DNA of 64,000 nt, taken from contig CAWCFX010000003.1 in assembly GCA_963795085.1 (NCBI GenBank), forward strand, positions 288,001 through 352,000. Direction: 5' to 3'. Of the stretch, positions 37,884 through 47,915 are shown one piece after another. The notes beneath the pieces were generated by a model, which had not been told where the DNA came from, searched no databases, and saw only the letters and a list, made by a program, of their open reading frames with translations. Origin of the DNA: an uncultured Gemmatimonadales bacterium (lineage in GTDB: Bacteria; Gemmatimonadota; Gemmatimonadetes; Gemmatimonadales; GWC2-71-9). The position numbers were made by a program, and so were the translations under genes. Positions within the stretch are counted from its first letter, which is position 1. Each line of letters starts with the position of its first letter.

Positions 37884-38834
37884 TCAGGGGAGTCGGTAGG
37901 CGACCAGATCGGCGAGCCCGGTTGCGGGATCGGGCGATTCCGCCAGGAAGCGGTCGTCGCCCCGGACCCAGGCGATCCGGTCCAGGGACCGCTGCCAGGC
38001 GGGGATGGAGACCTGGGAATGGGCGGTGAGGTCCGCGAGGTAGAGCCCGCCATCTGTCAGGGCGAGGGCATGGGCGCCGGCCACCTGGATCAGCCCGAGG
38101 GAACCGGCCGGGGTGAAGTCATGCACGGGAACCAGCGCGCGGGTATCGGGATCCAGACGGAAAAGCCGGGACGATCCCGCCAGCGAGAGGAAAAACCGGT
38201 TCCCATCCCGGTGGATGTCCGCCACAGTAGCGGGGAGGTCAACCGAGATGATGGCGCGTGCGGGGCCGCGAGTATCCACCAGGTAGAGTCGCGCGGAGGC
38301 CAGAAATGCCACGGTGTCGCCCCGAAACCAGGCCAGGCGGGTAACCTGCATGTGCAGAATTCCGTCGGGAGTCACCAGGGGAACCGGGCGTATTTCGCTG
38401 GTGTCCCGGATATCGCCCATCGGCGCGGTCACCAGGGCGCTGTAGTAGGGTCCCGCACCGACGCCATGGTTCCGCCGGGTCAGCAGGAAGGCCACCCGGC
38501 CCCCGGCGCTAACCGTGGGCAGCGAATAGCGGTCGTCGGAGAGCCGGTCGGTGGCAGGACAGATTTCCCTCGACACCCGGGAAGCGCCCCGCGGCAGGAC
38601 TCCCAGGCAGGCATCGCCGGGTTCGTACCATGAATCGAAGGAGTAGATGTATCCGCTTCCATCCGGCAGGCCCGCCGGGTCGCCGTCCCGCCCCCGGTTG
38701 GCGGTGAGGACGGCAGGCGGGCCAGGAAGGAATGGCCGGCGGGTCGAATGGTCGTCTGCGGTGAAGGGTGCCTCGTGAGAACATCCCACAGCGAGGGCCA
38801 GAATGGCCAGGCCCAGGAATCGCACAGGCACCAT
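37884..38834 (-). CDS. Hypothetical lipoprotein, possibly beta-propeller
   Basis: Lipobox-like LAVGC; repeated beta-strand-like patterns. Confidence 0.55.
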   Translation of the reverse strand: MVPVRFLGLAILALAVGCSHEAPFTADDHSTRRPFLPGPPAVLTANRGRDGDPAGLPDGSGYIYSFDSWYEPGDACLGVLPRGASRVSREICPATDRLSDDRYSLPTVSAGGRVAFLLTRRNHGVGAGPYYSALVTAPMGDIRDTSEIRPVPLVTPDGILHMQVTRLAWFRGDTVAFLASARLYLVDTRGPARAIISVDLPATVADIHRDGNRFFLSLAGSSRLFRLDPDTRALVPVHDFTPAGSLGLIQVAGAHALALTDGGLYLADLTAHSQVSIPAWQRSLDRIAWVRGDDRFLAESPDPATGLADLVAYRLP

Positions 38835-39022
38835 CGAGGTCACCGAATAGGGGAATGGAGGGTGCGTCGAGGCGGATTGGGCAGGGGCCACGATCGCCAG
38901 GGGTTTCTAACGTACGAGATCGGCGATTGGTGTCAGAGGGCACAGCATCCCCACTCTGCCCGCCCCAATTTGCCTCTGTGACCTCCGCCACACTAGTGCC
39001 GGAGTCCCCGGGGTATTCGACG

Positions 39023-41746
39023 ATGGGCGATACGCTAGGAAAACGACTGACCCTCGCATTTGCCGCGGCCCTGCTGCTGCTCGGCAGTATCGTCGTCCTG
39101 ACCTACCGCAGTACCGAACGCCTCCACGAGTCCAACCTCCTTCGGCAATCCGCAGCGCTCAAGGCCCTGGAACTGGAGCGCCTGCACACCAGCGTGGCCG
39201 ATGCCGAAACCGGGCAGCGAGGGTACCTGCTGACCGGCAATGATCGTGATCTTGAACCCTACCATGCCGCCGTGGAGCTGATTCCTGGACACCGGGATCG
39301 CCTCGACTCCCTGGGGGTCCGGGGCCCCATGCGGGACCGCCTGGATTCGCTGGTGGACAGGCAAATGGCCGAGATCGAGGCCCGGATCGGGCAATACCGG
39401 CTGGAAGGCGCGGAACTCGCGATTGCCGCGCTCCGGAACGGCGACGGGAATGCCAGGATGGATAGCATCCGGGCCAGCCTGGCGCACCTGAAGGGAATCC
39501 AGGACGCCGCCCTCTCGTCCAGCCTGCAGGAAGAGCGAGACCAGGCCCGGACGGTCCTGCTGGCCATCGCGGCTCTCGCCCTGTCGGGCCTGGTCGTGCT
39601 GGGAGGCCTCTTCGCCACGGTCTCCCGCCACGCGGCCGAACGCCAGGCGGCGCTGCAGCAGGTGAGCCTGGCACGGGCCCACCTGGAAGAGCGGGTCCGC
39701 GAGCGCACCGCCGCCCTGGAACTGGAACTGGCCCAGCGGCTGCGTGCCGAGCAGGGTCGGCACGCGTCGGAGACCCAGTACCGGATCCTGGTGGAACAGA
39801 TCGAGGATCACGCCATTTTCAGCATGGCGCCGGATGGCACCGCTACCACCTGGAACGAAGGGGTCGCACGGGTCCTCGGCTTCGGCGAGGCCGAGTTCAT
39901 TGGGAGCCCGGCCGAGCGGATTTTCATCCCGGAGGACGTGGAGGCCGGCGTCCCGCGGCGGGAACTGGACGAGGCCGCCCGGCACGGGGTCGCCGGCAAC
40001 GACCGCTGGATGCAGCGCCGCGACGGCAGCCGGTTCTTCGCCAACGGCAGCACCACGGCGCTCCGGAACGAGCACGGCCAGCTGATCGGATTCAGCAAAG
40101 TGATGCGGGACCAGACCACCGCCCGGCAGACCGAGGAGGCGCTCCGCGCCAGCGAGACCCGGTACCGGCTGGTCGCGCTGGCGTCGCGGGAGACCATCTG
40201 GGACTGGGACCTCACCACCGGGGGACTGGACTGGAACGAGGCGATCGAAATGATCTTCGGGTACCCCGCCGCGGCCGCGGGGCGCGACATCGCCTGGTGG
40301 GAGAACCGCATTCACCCCGAGGAGCGGCAGCGGGTCATTGACAGCCGGCGCACCGCGATCGACCGGGGCGAACGGTTCTGGAGCGCCGACTACCGGTTCC
40401 AGCGCTCCGATGGACACTACGCCACGGTGACCGACCGCGGGGTGATCGCGCGGGACGACCAGGGCCGGCCCTACCGGATGCTGGGCACCATCGCCGACGT
40501 GACCGAGCGGCGGCGCACCGACGAAAAACTCTCCCAGGCCCAGCGGATGGAAGCGGTCGGACGGCTGGCCGGCGGCATCGCGCACGACCTGAACAACATG
40601 CTGACCGCCATCGTCGGGTACAGCACCTTCCTGGAGCAGGCGATCGACCCGGACGACGCCCGTCGCGGCGACGTGGCCGAGATCATCAAGGCCGCCGACC
40701 GCTCCGCGGCGCTTACCCGGTCGTTGCTCGCCTTTGCGCGGCGGGAGATCGTCCACCCCCAGCCGGTCGATCTCAACCGGATCGTGCTTGAAATAGGGCG
40801 AATGCTCCGCCCGGCCATGGGCGAAAGCATCCAGGTGGAGCTGGCCCTGGAACCCATCACGGGCACCGTGGTCGCCGACCGCAGCAGGCTGGAGCAGGTC
40901 ATCCTGAATATCGCGCTGAATGCGCGGGATGCCATGCCGGCCGGCGGGCGCCTGGCGATTGCCACCCGGAGCGTGCTGTTGACCGAGGGGGACGCCGCCC
41001 GCCATCCCGGCACCGAGGTGGCGCCCGGACGCTACGTCAAACTCACCATCAGTGATACCGGCACCGGCATGGATGCCGAGACGCTCTCCCGGGTGTTCGA
41101 GCCGTTCTTCACCACCAAGGACGTGGGCGAAGGTACCGGCCTGGGGCTGAGCGGCGTGTACGGGACCGTCAAGCAGGCGGGGGGATTCGTGTGGGCCTAC
41201 AGCGAGCCCGGCCATGGTTCGTCGTTCACCGTGTATCTGCCGGAGAACCCCGCCAGCGAAGCGGACGACCAGGCGGCCGATGGTGGCGAGCCGGCGCGGG
41301 GAGGCTCGGAGACCATCCTGCTGGTAGAGGACGAGGCCATGGTGCGGGCACTGGCCCAGCGGATTCTGGTGGCGGAGGGGTACCGGGTGCTCTCCGCCGG
41401 AAGCGGCGAGGAAGCGGTGGTGACCGCCCAGCGGGCGGGATTCCCGATCGACCTGCTCATCACCGACATCGTCATGCCGGGCATGGGCGGCCGGGACCTG
41501 GCCCGGGCGATCATCCGGCAAGACCCCGAGGTGCGGGTGCTCTTTACCTCCGGCTTCACGGATGACGAGGTAGTGCGACGGGGACTGATGGACCAGGGCC
41601 AGCCCTTCATGGAAAAACCCTGGTCGAGCGAACGGCTGCTGTCACGGGTGCGGGAACTGCTGGACCAGAAACTGGATCGCACCGGCTGGGCCCGGGCCAG
41701 CGTCCGACTCTCGCCGGAGGACAGCGGGGCATCGCGCCGCGGTTGA
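39023..41746 (+). CDS. Hybrid sensor kinase CHASE3-PAS-PAS-HisKA-HATPase-REC
   Basis: DAETGQRGYLLTG (CHASE3), two PAS/PAC, GGIAHDLNN, NARDAM, DTGTGM, GTGLGL, ILLVEDE..TDIVMPG. Confidence 0.93.
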   Translation: MGDTLGKRLTLAFAAALLLLGSIVVLTYRSTERLHESNLLRQSAALKALELERLHTSVADAETGQRGYLLTGNDRDLEPYHAAVELIPGHRDRLDSLGVRGPMRDRLDSLVDRQMAEIEARIGQYRLEGAELAIAALRNGDGNARMDSIRASLAHLKGIQDAALSSSLQEERDQARTVLLAIAALALSGLVVLGGLFATVSRHAAERQAALQQVSLARAHLEERVRERTAALELELAQRLRAEQGRHASETQYRILVEQIEDHAIFSMAPDGTATTWNEGVARVLGFGEAEFIGSPAERIFIPEDVEAGVPRRELDEAARHGVAGNDRWMQRRDGSRFFANGSTTALRNEHGQLIGFSKVMRDQTTARQTEEALRASETRYRLVALASRETIWDWDLTTGGLDWNEAIEMIFGYPAAAAGRDIAWWENRIHPEERQRVIDSRRTAIDRGERFWSADYRFQRSDGHYATVTDRGVIARDDQGRPYRMLGTIADVTERRRTDEKLSQAQRMEAVGRLAGGIAHDLNNMLTAIVGYSTFLEQAIDPDDARRGDVAEIIKAADRSAALTRSLLAFARREIVHPQPVDLNRIVLEIGRMLRPAMGESIQVELALEPITGTVVADRSRLEQVILNIALNARDAMPAGGRLAIATRSVLLTEGDAARHPGTEVAPGRYVKLTISDTGTGMDAETLSRVFEPFFTTKDVGEGTGLGLSGVYGTVKQAGGFVWAYSEPGHGSSFTVYLPENPASEADDQAADGGEPARGGSETILLVEDEAMVRALAQRILVAEGYRVLSAGSGEEAVVTAQRAGFPIDLLITDIVMPGMGGRDLARAIIRQDPEVRVLFTSGFTDDEVVRRGLMDQGQPFMEKPWSSERLLSRVRELLDQKLDRTGWARASVRLSPEDSGASRRG

Positions 41747-41762
41747 CCCCGCGGCCGGGGGG

Positions 41763-42920
41763 TCAGCGGTCCGCGGTGACCGCGCCGGGTAGTGTTGCCA
41801 TAAGACGGGTGACCACCCGGCGCGGTGCGCGCGGCACAGGCAGGCTGTCTCCGTCCAGGGGCGCCCGCAGCAGCGAGTCGGCCCGCTGCCGAAGCCAGCG
41901 ATACCGGTCGGCCTGGGTCGAGTCGGAGAAGATCAGCATGGTGCCGCTCACCCGGAACCGGTCGGCCTGGGCATCGAGCAGTGTGATGGCCGACTGCATC
42001 AGGCTGAGAACCTCATCCACCCGGTTGGCCTCGTCGTAGGACTCGAGCCGCGGGTCTTCGTCCCGGACGGTGCTGTCGATCAGCCGCCACGCCCCAATCC
42101 GGTAGAGGCTGATGCTGTTTCGGACCGCATCCAGTTTCCGGGACGACCGCAGCAGCTGATCCGGCTGGAAGTCGATCGCCGGCTGCCACACCACCACCTC
42201 CGCAATCCGCAGGTTGTTCTCCAGCTCCCGCTCCTCGGCGGCCAGCGGATTGGGCTCGACCAGGGCCGCCAGGCTGGCCGAGGAGTCGTAGGGCGTTTCC
42301 CAGCGGGCCGAGAGTCCGTTGGTGACCGTCACCGGGATGGGGAGCTGGTTGTGCCCGGTTGCCCACCCCAGGAAATAGAGCCCCACCGCGCCGACGACCA
42401 GCACCAGGACCGCCGCCATGGCGGCCCACCCGGGGACCTGGTAGCGCGCCTGGAGCCGTCGCGAGGGCTGCAGCCGGGGGCGCAGTTCCAGGTCACCGGC
42501 CACGAAAGTCCGGGCCGGGCCACTGGGACGGAGCGGGCCACTGGTCCGCACCACCCGGCGGCGCTCCTCCGCCGCGGAGGACAGTTCCAGGAACCGGATG
42601 AACTCGCCATGCGGCTCGAAGTTTTCCAGGGGGATGAGCGGGAGCTGGGCCGGGTCGGCCGGCTGGGCCGGTACGGCCTCGCGGACGGGCTGGTGAGGCT
42701 GACGGTCCAGGGCGGCGATCCGAAGCAGGCGCCGAACCCCGGGATGGCGGGTCAAGGGTAGCCAGATATCGAGCGCGGAATGCCACACTTCGGCGTCGGC
42801 CGGAAGCCGCCCGCTGACAATTGCGCGCTCGACGCCCCGGGGCAGCGAGAGTGTGATTCTGCCACGCCCGGGTATGCGGACGTGAAGATAGTGGGATCGG
42901 GGCATCAATCCTGTGACCAC
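41763..42920 (-). CDS. Single-pass membrane protein with N-terminal GYF_2-like domain
   Basis: 'AIVSGRLPADAEVWHSALDIWLPL' resembles GYF_2/DUF4339; central TM. Confidence 0.55.
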   Translation of the reverse strand: MVTGLMPRSHYLHVRIPGRGRITLSLPRGVERAIVSGRLPADAEVWHSALDIWLPLTRHPGVRRLLRIAALDRQPHQPVREAVPAQPADPAQLPLIPLENFEPHGEFIRFLELSSAAEERRRVVRTSGPLRPSGPARTFVAGDLELRPRLQPSRRLQARYQVPGWAAMAAVLVLVVGAVGLYFLGWATGHNQLPIPVTVTNGLSARWETPYDSSASLAALVEPNPLAAEERELENNLRIAEVVVWQPAIDFQPDQLLRSSRKLDAVRNSISLYRIGAWRLIDSTVRDEDPRLESYDEANRVDEVLSLMQSAITLLDAQADRFRVSGTMLIFSDSTQADRYRWLRQRADSLLRAPLDGDSLPVPRAPRRVVTRLMATLPGAVTADR

Positions 42921-43032
42921 CGGTAACGAGTGTGGGGGTGTGGCTTACTGACGATCGGTTGGCGTAGTCAGACGACGCGGAACAATCGAAGCAGCTGGGC
43001 CAGCCCCAAGATAGGAAGGCCCCCGCGCAGGA

Positions 43033-45006
43033 TCAAGGCACTGAATGGGTGCGTGCGGTCCCCACCAGGTTCGTGACCAGGTCCACCAGCTGGTCCGGCC
43101 CCACCGGTTTCTGGATGAACGGAATCGTTGCGACCCCGGCCTGGGCCTCCGGAATCGCGTCCAGCGGGTGACCCGACATCCAGCCCACCGGTTGCCGATA
43201 CCCGCGCTGCGCCATGTGTCGGGTGAGTTCGATGCCGGTCATGACCGGCATGATCAGGTCGGTCAACACCGCGGCGATACGGGGGCCATCCTGGGCCAGG
43301 CGGTCGAGCGCTTCTCCGCCGTCGCGGGCCTCGAGAACCTGGAAGCCGGCCCCCCGCAACGTCCGGACGAGAACCCGGCGGACCATTTCTTCGTCCTCGA
43401 CCAGCAGGATGCATTCTTCCAACCGGGGCACCGGGCCCGCGAGGGAACCCTGCGTCAGTTCGGGTCCCGGCGCATCGGCACTGGGAAGCAGCAGGGTGAA
43501 CGTCGTCCCCTCTCCCTCCCGGCTGGCCACGCGGATATGTCCCTGACTCTGGGTCACGATCCCGTGCACAGTGGCCAGACCGAGGCCGGTGCCTTTGCCG
43601 ACCGGCTTGGTGGTAAAGAACGGCTCGAAGATGTGGCTGAGATGGTCGGGAGAGATGCCGCATCCCGCGTCCGCGACCTGCAGCTCGACGTAGCGGCCGG
43701 CGGGAATGCGGTGGCCGTCCACCGGGTCGGCCTGGTCGGCATCGAGGATCCGGCCCAGCGTCCGGAACACCACCCGGCCCCCATCGGGCTGGGCGTCCCG
43801 GGCATTGATGGTCAGGTTCATCAGGACCTGAAGAAACTGGGTCCGGTCGATCCGGACCCATTTCCCGGCAGGGTCGAGGTCCAGCTGCATCTCGAAGGTG
43901 GGGCCGATCAGCCGCTGGAGGAGCGCCTGGGCTTCGAGCATCGCGGCATTGACGTCGAGGGTCTCGGGCGACAGCATCTGCTGACGGCTGAAGGCGAGCA
44001 GCTGCGCCACCAGGGACCGCATCCGGTCGGCCGCCTTGATGATCTCGCCGAGGTCCACCCGGCCCTGCGGCGACAGCCCCGAGTCCCGCTCCAGGAAGGT
44101 GGCAAAGCCCATGGTGGCCTGGAGCTGGTTGTTCAGGTCATGGGCCAGCCCGCCGGCCAGCCGGCCGATCGCTTCCATCTTGGTGTTCTGCCGGTTCTGC
44201 TCCTCCGCCGCGCGCCGGAGCTCCTCGGCCAGGCGGCGGTCGTGAATGTCGAGCGCGGTGCCGATGTATCCCAGGAACTCCCCGTCCTCGCCGAGACGGG
44301 GGACCCCGGTGTCCAGCATCCAGCGGTATTCGCCATCATGCCGGCGCAGCCGGTACTCCACCCAGAACCGCTCCCGCTTCTCGAAGGACCCATTATCGGA
44401 CTCGATCACCCGGGCCAGGTCGTCGGGGTGCACACCGTGCCGCCAGCCCCAGCCGATCTCCTGCGGCAGTTCCCGCCCGGTATACTCGAGCCACCCACGG
44501 TTGAACCAGTCGCAACGGTTCTCCCGGTCCGAGGTCCAGATAAAAACCGGCGCCGTGTCCGCCATGGTGCGAAACCGCAGTTCGCTTTCCGCCTGGTCCC
44601 GCTCGGCCCGCTTGCGGGCGGTGATATCGGTGGCGAAGACCGCGATCCCGACGTCGGTGGGATAGATGTAGTTATCGAACCACTGGTCGAAGGGTGCGTA
44701 GTAGTTTTCCACCTGGCGGGGCCGGCGGTCGGCGGCGGCGGCCAGCAGGGCGCGATAGTAATGGTTGCCGATCGCGTCGGGGAACAGGTCCCAGATCGAG
44801 CGGCCCAGCAGGTCCTCCCGGGATTTCCCGAGGATCTTGAGCGCGCCATCGTTGACGTAGGTATAGCGCCACTCCCGGTCGTACACGGCGAAGTGGTCCA
44901 CCAGGTCCGCCAGCACCTGGGCCAGGGCCTCCGGAGGCAGCGCCATCGCACTCCGGTCGGCGAAATCGTCCCCACCAGGGAATTGCAGGTTGGATGGATC
45001 TGGCAT
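43033..45006 (-). CDS. Soluble hybrid sensor kinase PAS-PAS-HisKA-HATPase-REC
   Basis: Two [39 protein letters not shown]. Confidence 0.93.
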   Translation of the reverse strand: MPDPSNLQFPGGDDFADRSAMALPPEALAQVLADLVDHFAVYDREWRYTYVNDGALKILGKSREDLLGRSIWDLFPDAIGNHYYRALLAAAADRRPRQVENYYAPFDQWFDNYIYPTDVGIAVFATDITARKRAERDQAESELRFRTMADTAPVFIWTSDRENRCDWFNRGWLEYTGRELPQEIGWGWRHGVHPDDLARVIESDNGSFEKRERFWVEYRLRRHDGEYRWMLDTGVPRLGEDGEFLGYIGTALDIHDRRLAEELRRAAEEQNRQNTKMEAIGRLAGGLAHDLNNQLQATMGFATFLERDSGLSPQGRVDLGEIIKAADRMRSLVAQLLAFSRQQMLSPETLDVNAAMLEAQALLQRLIGPTFEMQLDLDPAGKWVRIDRTQFLQVLMNLTINARDAQPDGGRVVFRTLGRILDADQADPVDGHRIPAGRYVELQVADAGCGISPDHLSHIFEPFFTTKPVGKGTGLGLATVHGIVTQSQGHIRVASREGEGTTFTLLLPSADAPGPELTQGSLAGPVPRLEECILLVEDEEMVRRVLVRTLRGAGFQVLEARDGGEALDRLAQDGPRIAAVLTDLIMPVMTGIELTRHMAQRGYRQPVGWMSGHPLDAIPEAQAGVATIPFIQKPVGPDQLVDLVTNLVGTARTHSVP

Positions 45007-45215
45007 GCGCAGAAGTCTAGCAGCCACCCTTGCGCCCGCCAGTCAGGGTGCGGAAACAGCCGGGCGGAGCTATCCTGATTCGGACCTTGCTCCGGCCCTG
45101 CACTACCAACATTCCTGGAGGGTTTCGTGGGTCGCATCCCCATGCAGAGCCCGTTGCCTGGAATCACTCACGGCGGTGCCCCAGGGGCCACCGGACCAGC
45201 CTCTCACCGCGGCCA

Positions 45216-45893
45216 ATGACCCCGGCCCCCCTGGAGATCCGTTCCCTGGTGGTGGAAGACCACCCGTCGGCGCTCGACGTCCTGGGCGAGGCCTTCCAGG
45301 ACTACCCAGTCATGCGCTTTGTCCTGGGACCGGGTGGGGACTACCCCGGCCGGCTCCGGACCCTGGTCGGTTTCTTCCTGGCCGCCCGGGTGTTTCGCGG
45401 CGAGCCGCTGCTCGGCGCATTCCATGGCGACCACCTGGCCGGCGTCGCCATCATGAGCCTGCCAGGAGATACGCCTCCGCCGCCGGCGTTGCTCGAACGG
45501 CGCCAGGCGGTCTTCAGCGCCCTGGGCAGCGCCGAGCGCCAGCGCTATGAGGCCTATGGCGAGGCGAGCCGTACGCTCCACATCGCGGAACCTCACCATC
45601 ATCTCAACATGATCGGGGTGCGGCGCGCCCAGGCGGGAAAGGGCATCGGGCGCCGGCTGCTCGATGCCGTGACCACCCTGGCCGCCGCGGACCCCGGCTC
45701 CGCCGGCGTCTCCCTGGACACCGAGCGGGAGGACAACGTCCGGCTCTATGAGCATTGCGGATGGCGGGTGACGGGACACGCCCGGGTGGGACCGACCCTG
45801 GAAACCTGGGCAATGTTCCGGGCACGCGCCCCCCAGGCACCAGTGCGCGAGGCTGTTCCTCAACCTACCTTTCGCGGATGGAGGGAAACATGA
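45216..45893 (+). CDS. GNAT family N-acetyltransferase
   Basis: IGV..AQAGKGIGRRLL acetyl-CoA motif, NVRLYEHCGW. Confidence 0.85.
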   Translation: MTPAPLEIRSLVVEDHPSALDVLGEAFQDYPVMRFVLGPGGDYPGRLRTLVGFFLAARVFRGEPLLGAFHGDHLAGVAIMSLPGDTPPPPALLERRQAVFSALGSAERQRYEAYGEASRTLHIAEPHHHLNMIGVRRAQAGKGIGRRLLDAVTTLAAADPGSAGVSLDTEREDNVRLYEHCGWRVTGHARVGPTLETWAMFRARAPQAPVREAVPQPTFRGWRET

Positions 45894-46750
45894 AGATCCT
45901 GGTAACCGGGGGCACCGGCACGGTCGGCTCGGCAGTGGTGGACGCACTCGCCGGTGCCGCCGAGATCAGCGTCCTGACGCGGGATGCGTCGAAATCCTCA
46001 CGCCTGCCGGCCGGAGTGGGCGCCGTGGTGGGGAACCTGCTGGACATCGGCGATATCCGCACCGTCTTCGAGGGCTTCGATGCCGTATTCCTCCTCAACC
46101 CGGTCGGTCCCACCGAAAACCACGAGGGGCTGCTGTCCGTCAACGGGATCCGCGACGCGGGGGTCAAGCGAGTCGTGTATCTCTCGGTGCAGGACGCCGA
46201 CCAGGCCGTCCACCTGCCTCACTTCGGGTCCAAGGTCCCCATCGAGATGGCCCTGGCGAAAAGCGGCATGACGTGGACGGTGCTTCGGCCGAACAATTTC
46301 TACCAGAACGACGTCTGGTTTCGGCAGGCAATCATGGAATACGGGGTGTACCCGCAGCCGCTCGGCAGCGCCGGACTCTCCCGGGTAGATGTCCGGGACA
46401 TCGGCGAAGCCGCCGCGGCCGCCTTTGCAGGAGGGGCCGATAACCGGATCGTCAACCTGGTCGGGCCCGAGTTACTCACCGGCGAAGGCAGCGCCCAGGC
46501 CTGGAGCAAGGCGCTGGGCCGAACGATCAAATATGCCGGAGATGACCTGGACAGCTGGGAAAAGGCCAATCTTTCCTATGGGATGCCCGCGACCACGGTC
46601 TATGATTTCCGGTTGATGTACCAGTGGTTCCAGAAGCACGGCCTCAAGGCCTCCAAGGAGGACCTCGGCTTTCTGGCCGGACTCCTTGGCCACCCGCCTC
46701 GCCGCTACGACGACTACGTCAGGGAGACGGTGCGGGAATGGGGCGGGTAG
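45890..46750 (+). CDS. NmrA-like NAD(P)-binding protein
   Basis: MKILVTGGTGTVGS, HFGSK, LRPNNF, VDVRDIG; ATGA overlap with GNAT stop. Confidence 0.9.
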   Translation: MKILVTGGTGTVGSAVVDALAGAAEISVLTRDASKSSRLPAGVGAVVGNLLDIGDIRTVFEGFDAVFLLNPVGPTENHEGLLSVNGIRDAGVKRVVYLSVQDADQAVHLPHFGSKVPIEMALAKSGMTWTVLRPNNFYQNDVWFRQAIMEYGVYPQPLGSAGLSRVDVRDIGEAAAAAFAGGADNRIVNLVGPELLTGEGSAQAWSKALGRTIKYAGDDLDSWEKANLSYGMPATTVYDFRLMYQWFQKHGLKASKEDLGFLAGLLGHPPRRYDDYVRETVREWGG

Positions 46751-47815
46751 TCAGTGGAGCAGCGCCGCGACCCGGTGTGCGATCCCGCTGGCGTCAACCC
46801 CCGCCAGGTTGTCCAGCACGATCACCGTGAGGCCCCGGTCCTCGTAGCGTACGATCGCCGAGGTGAAGCCCTGCCAGGACCCGCCGTGCTCGATCACCCG
46901 CTCGCCGTCCCGGGTCCCGATCCGCCAGCCGAAACCGTAGCCTGCCGTGGTACCATCGTTCAGCGCGACCGGGGACCAGAGTTGGTCATACGATGCCGGA
47001 CCGATCAGCCTCCGGTGGTGAAGCGCCGCCTCCCACTTCGCCAGGTCCAGCACGGTCAGGTACAACGCCCCGTCGGCGGTGGTGTTGACGCTGGGGGAGA
47101 CCCACTCCTGGTTCCGGAGCACGCCGTCCTTGAGCACATATCCCGCCGCCCGGTTGGCCACGATGTCTGCTTCGCTGATGACCCGGGCGGTGGCCATCCC
47201 CAGCGGCCGGAAGACCCGTTCCTGCAGAAAATCGCCGTAGAACTGGCCCGAGACCCTGCGAATGATGATGCCGAGGAGGACGTAGCCGAGGTTGCTGTAG
47301 TCCCAGCGCTCGCCGGGGCGGAAGGCCAGCGGGATCGCGTAGGCGCGCCGGAGCAGGTCGTCCTCGGTGTAGTCGAGCCGGAAATCGAAGTCGTCGGGGT
47401 AGTCGGTGGTGCCGCCGGTGTGGGTGAGCAGGTGGCGGATGGTGATTCCCTTCCAGGCGCCTGGCGCGTCCTCCAGATACCGGGTGATCGAATCAGCGAC
47501 GCCCAGCCTGCCCTCTTCCGCCAGCATCAGGATCGCCATGGCGGTGAACTGCTTCCCGACCGAGCCGGACTGGAAGATGGTCTCCGGTTTGACCGGCACC
47601 TGGTGTTCCACGTTGGCCAGGCCGTAGCCCCTGGCAAGGACGACCTCACCATTCTGCACCACCGCCACCGCCACTCCCGGCACCCGGGTCCGGCTCATCT
47701 CGGCGGCGACCACGGAGTCGACCCGGGCAGCGGGAAAGGGGGACTGGGCGGAAAGGGACGCAGCGCCAAGGATCCCGGCCGCCCCGGCCAGGATAGAAAT
47801 CCGCGGAACAGTCAT
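46751..47815 (-). CDS. Beta-lactamase-family serine hydrolase
   Basis: Signal peptide; GSVGK, LLTHTGG, YSN, HGG. Confidence 0.9.
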   Translation of the reverse strand: MTVPRISILAGAAGILGAASLSAQSPFPAARVDSVVAAEMSRTRVPGVAVAVVQNGEVVLARGYGLANVEHQVPVKPETIFQSGSVGKQFTAMAILMLAEEGRLGVADSITRYLEDAPGAWKGITIRHLLTHTGGTTDYPDDFDFRLDYTEDDLLRRAYAIPLAFRPGERWDYSNLGYVLLGIIIRRVSGQFYGDFLQERVFRPLGMATARVISEADIVANRAAGYVLKDGVLRNQEWVSPSVNTTADGALYLTVLDLAKWEAALHHRRLIGPASYDQLWSPVALNDGTTAGYGFGWRIGTRDGERVIEHGGSWQGFTSAIVRYEDRGLTVIVLDNLAGVDASGIAHRVAALLH

Positions 47816-47915
47816 AGGCCTTCGGCCATTCACCATTGGCTCCTGATCAGGGGTTCCCTGCCCCAGGCTTCCGCCTGGCTACCGCGCGGTTCTTCCGTCC
47901 TGATTCCCGCCCTGT

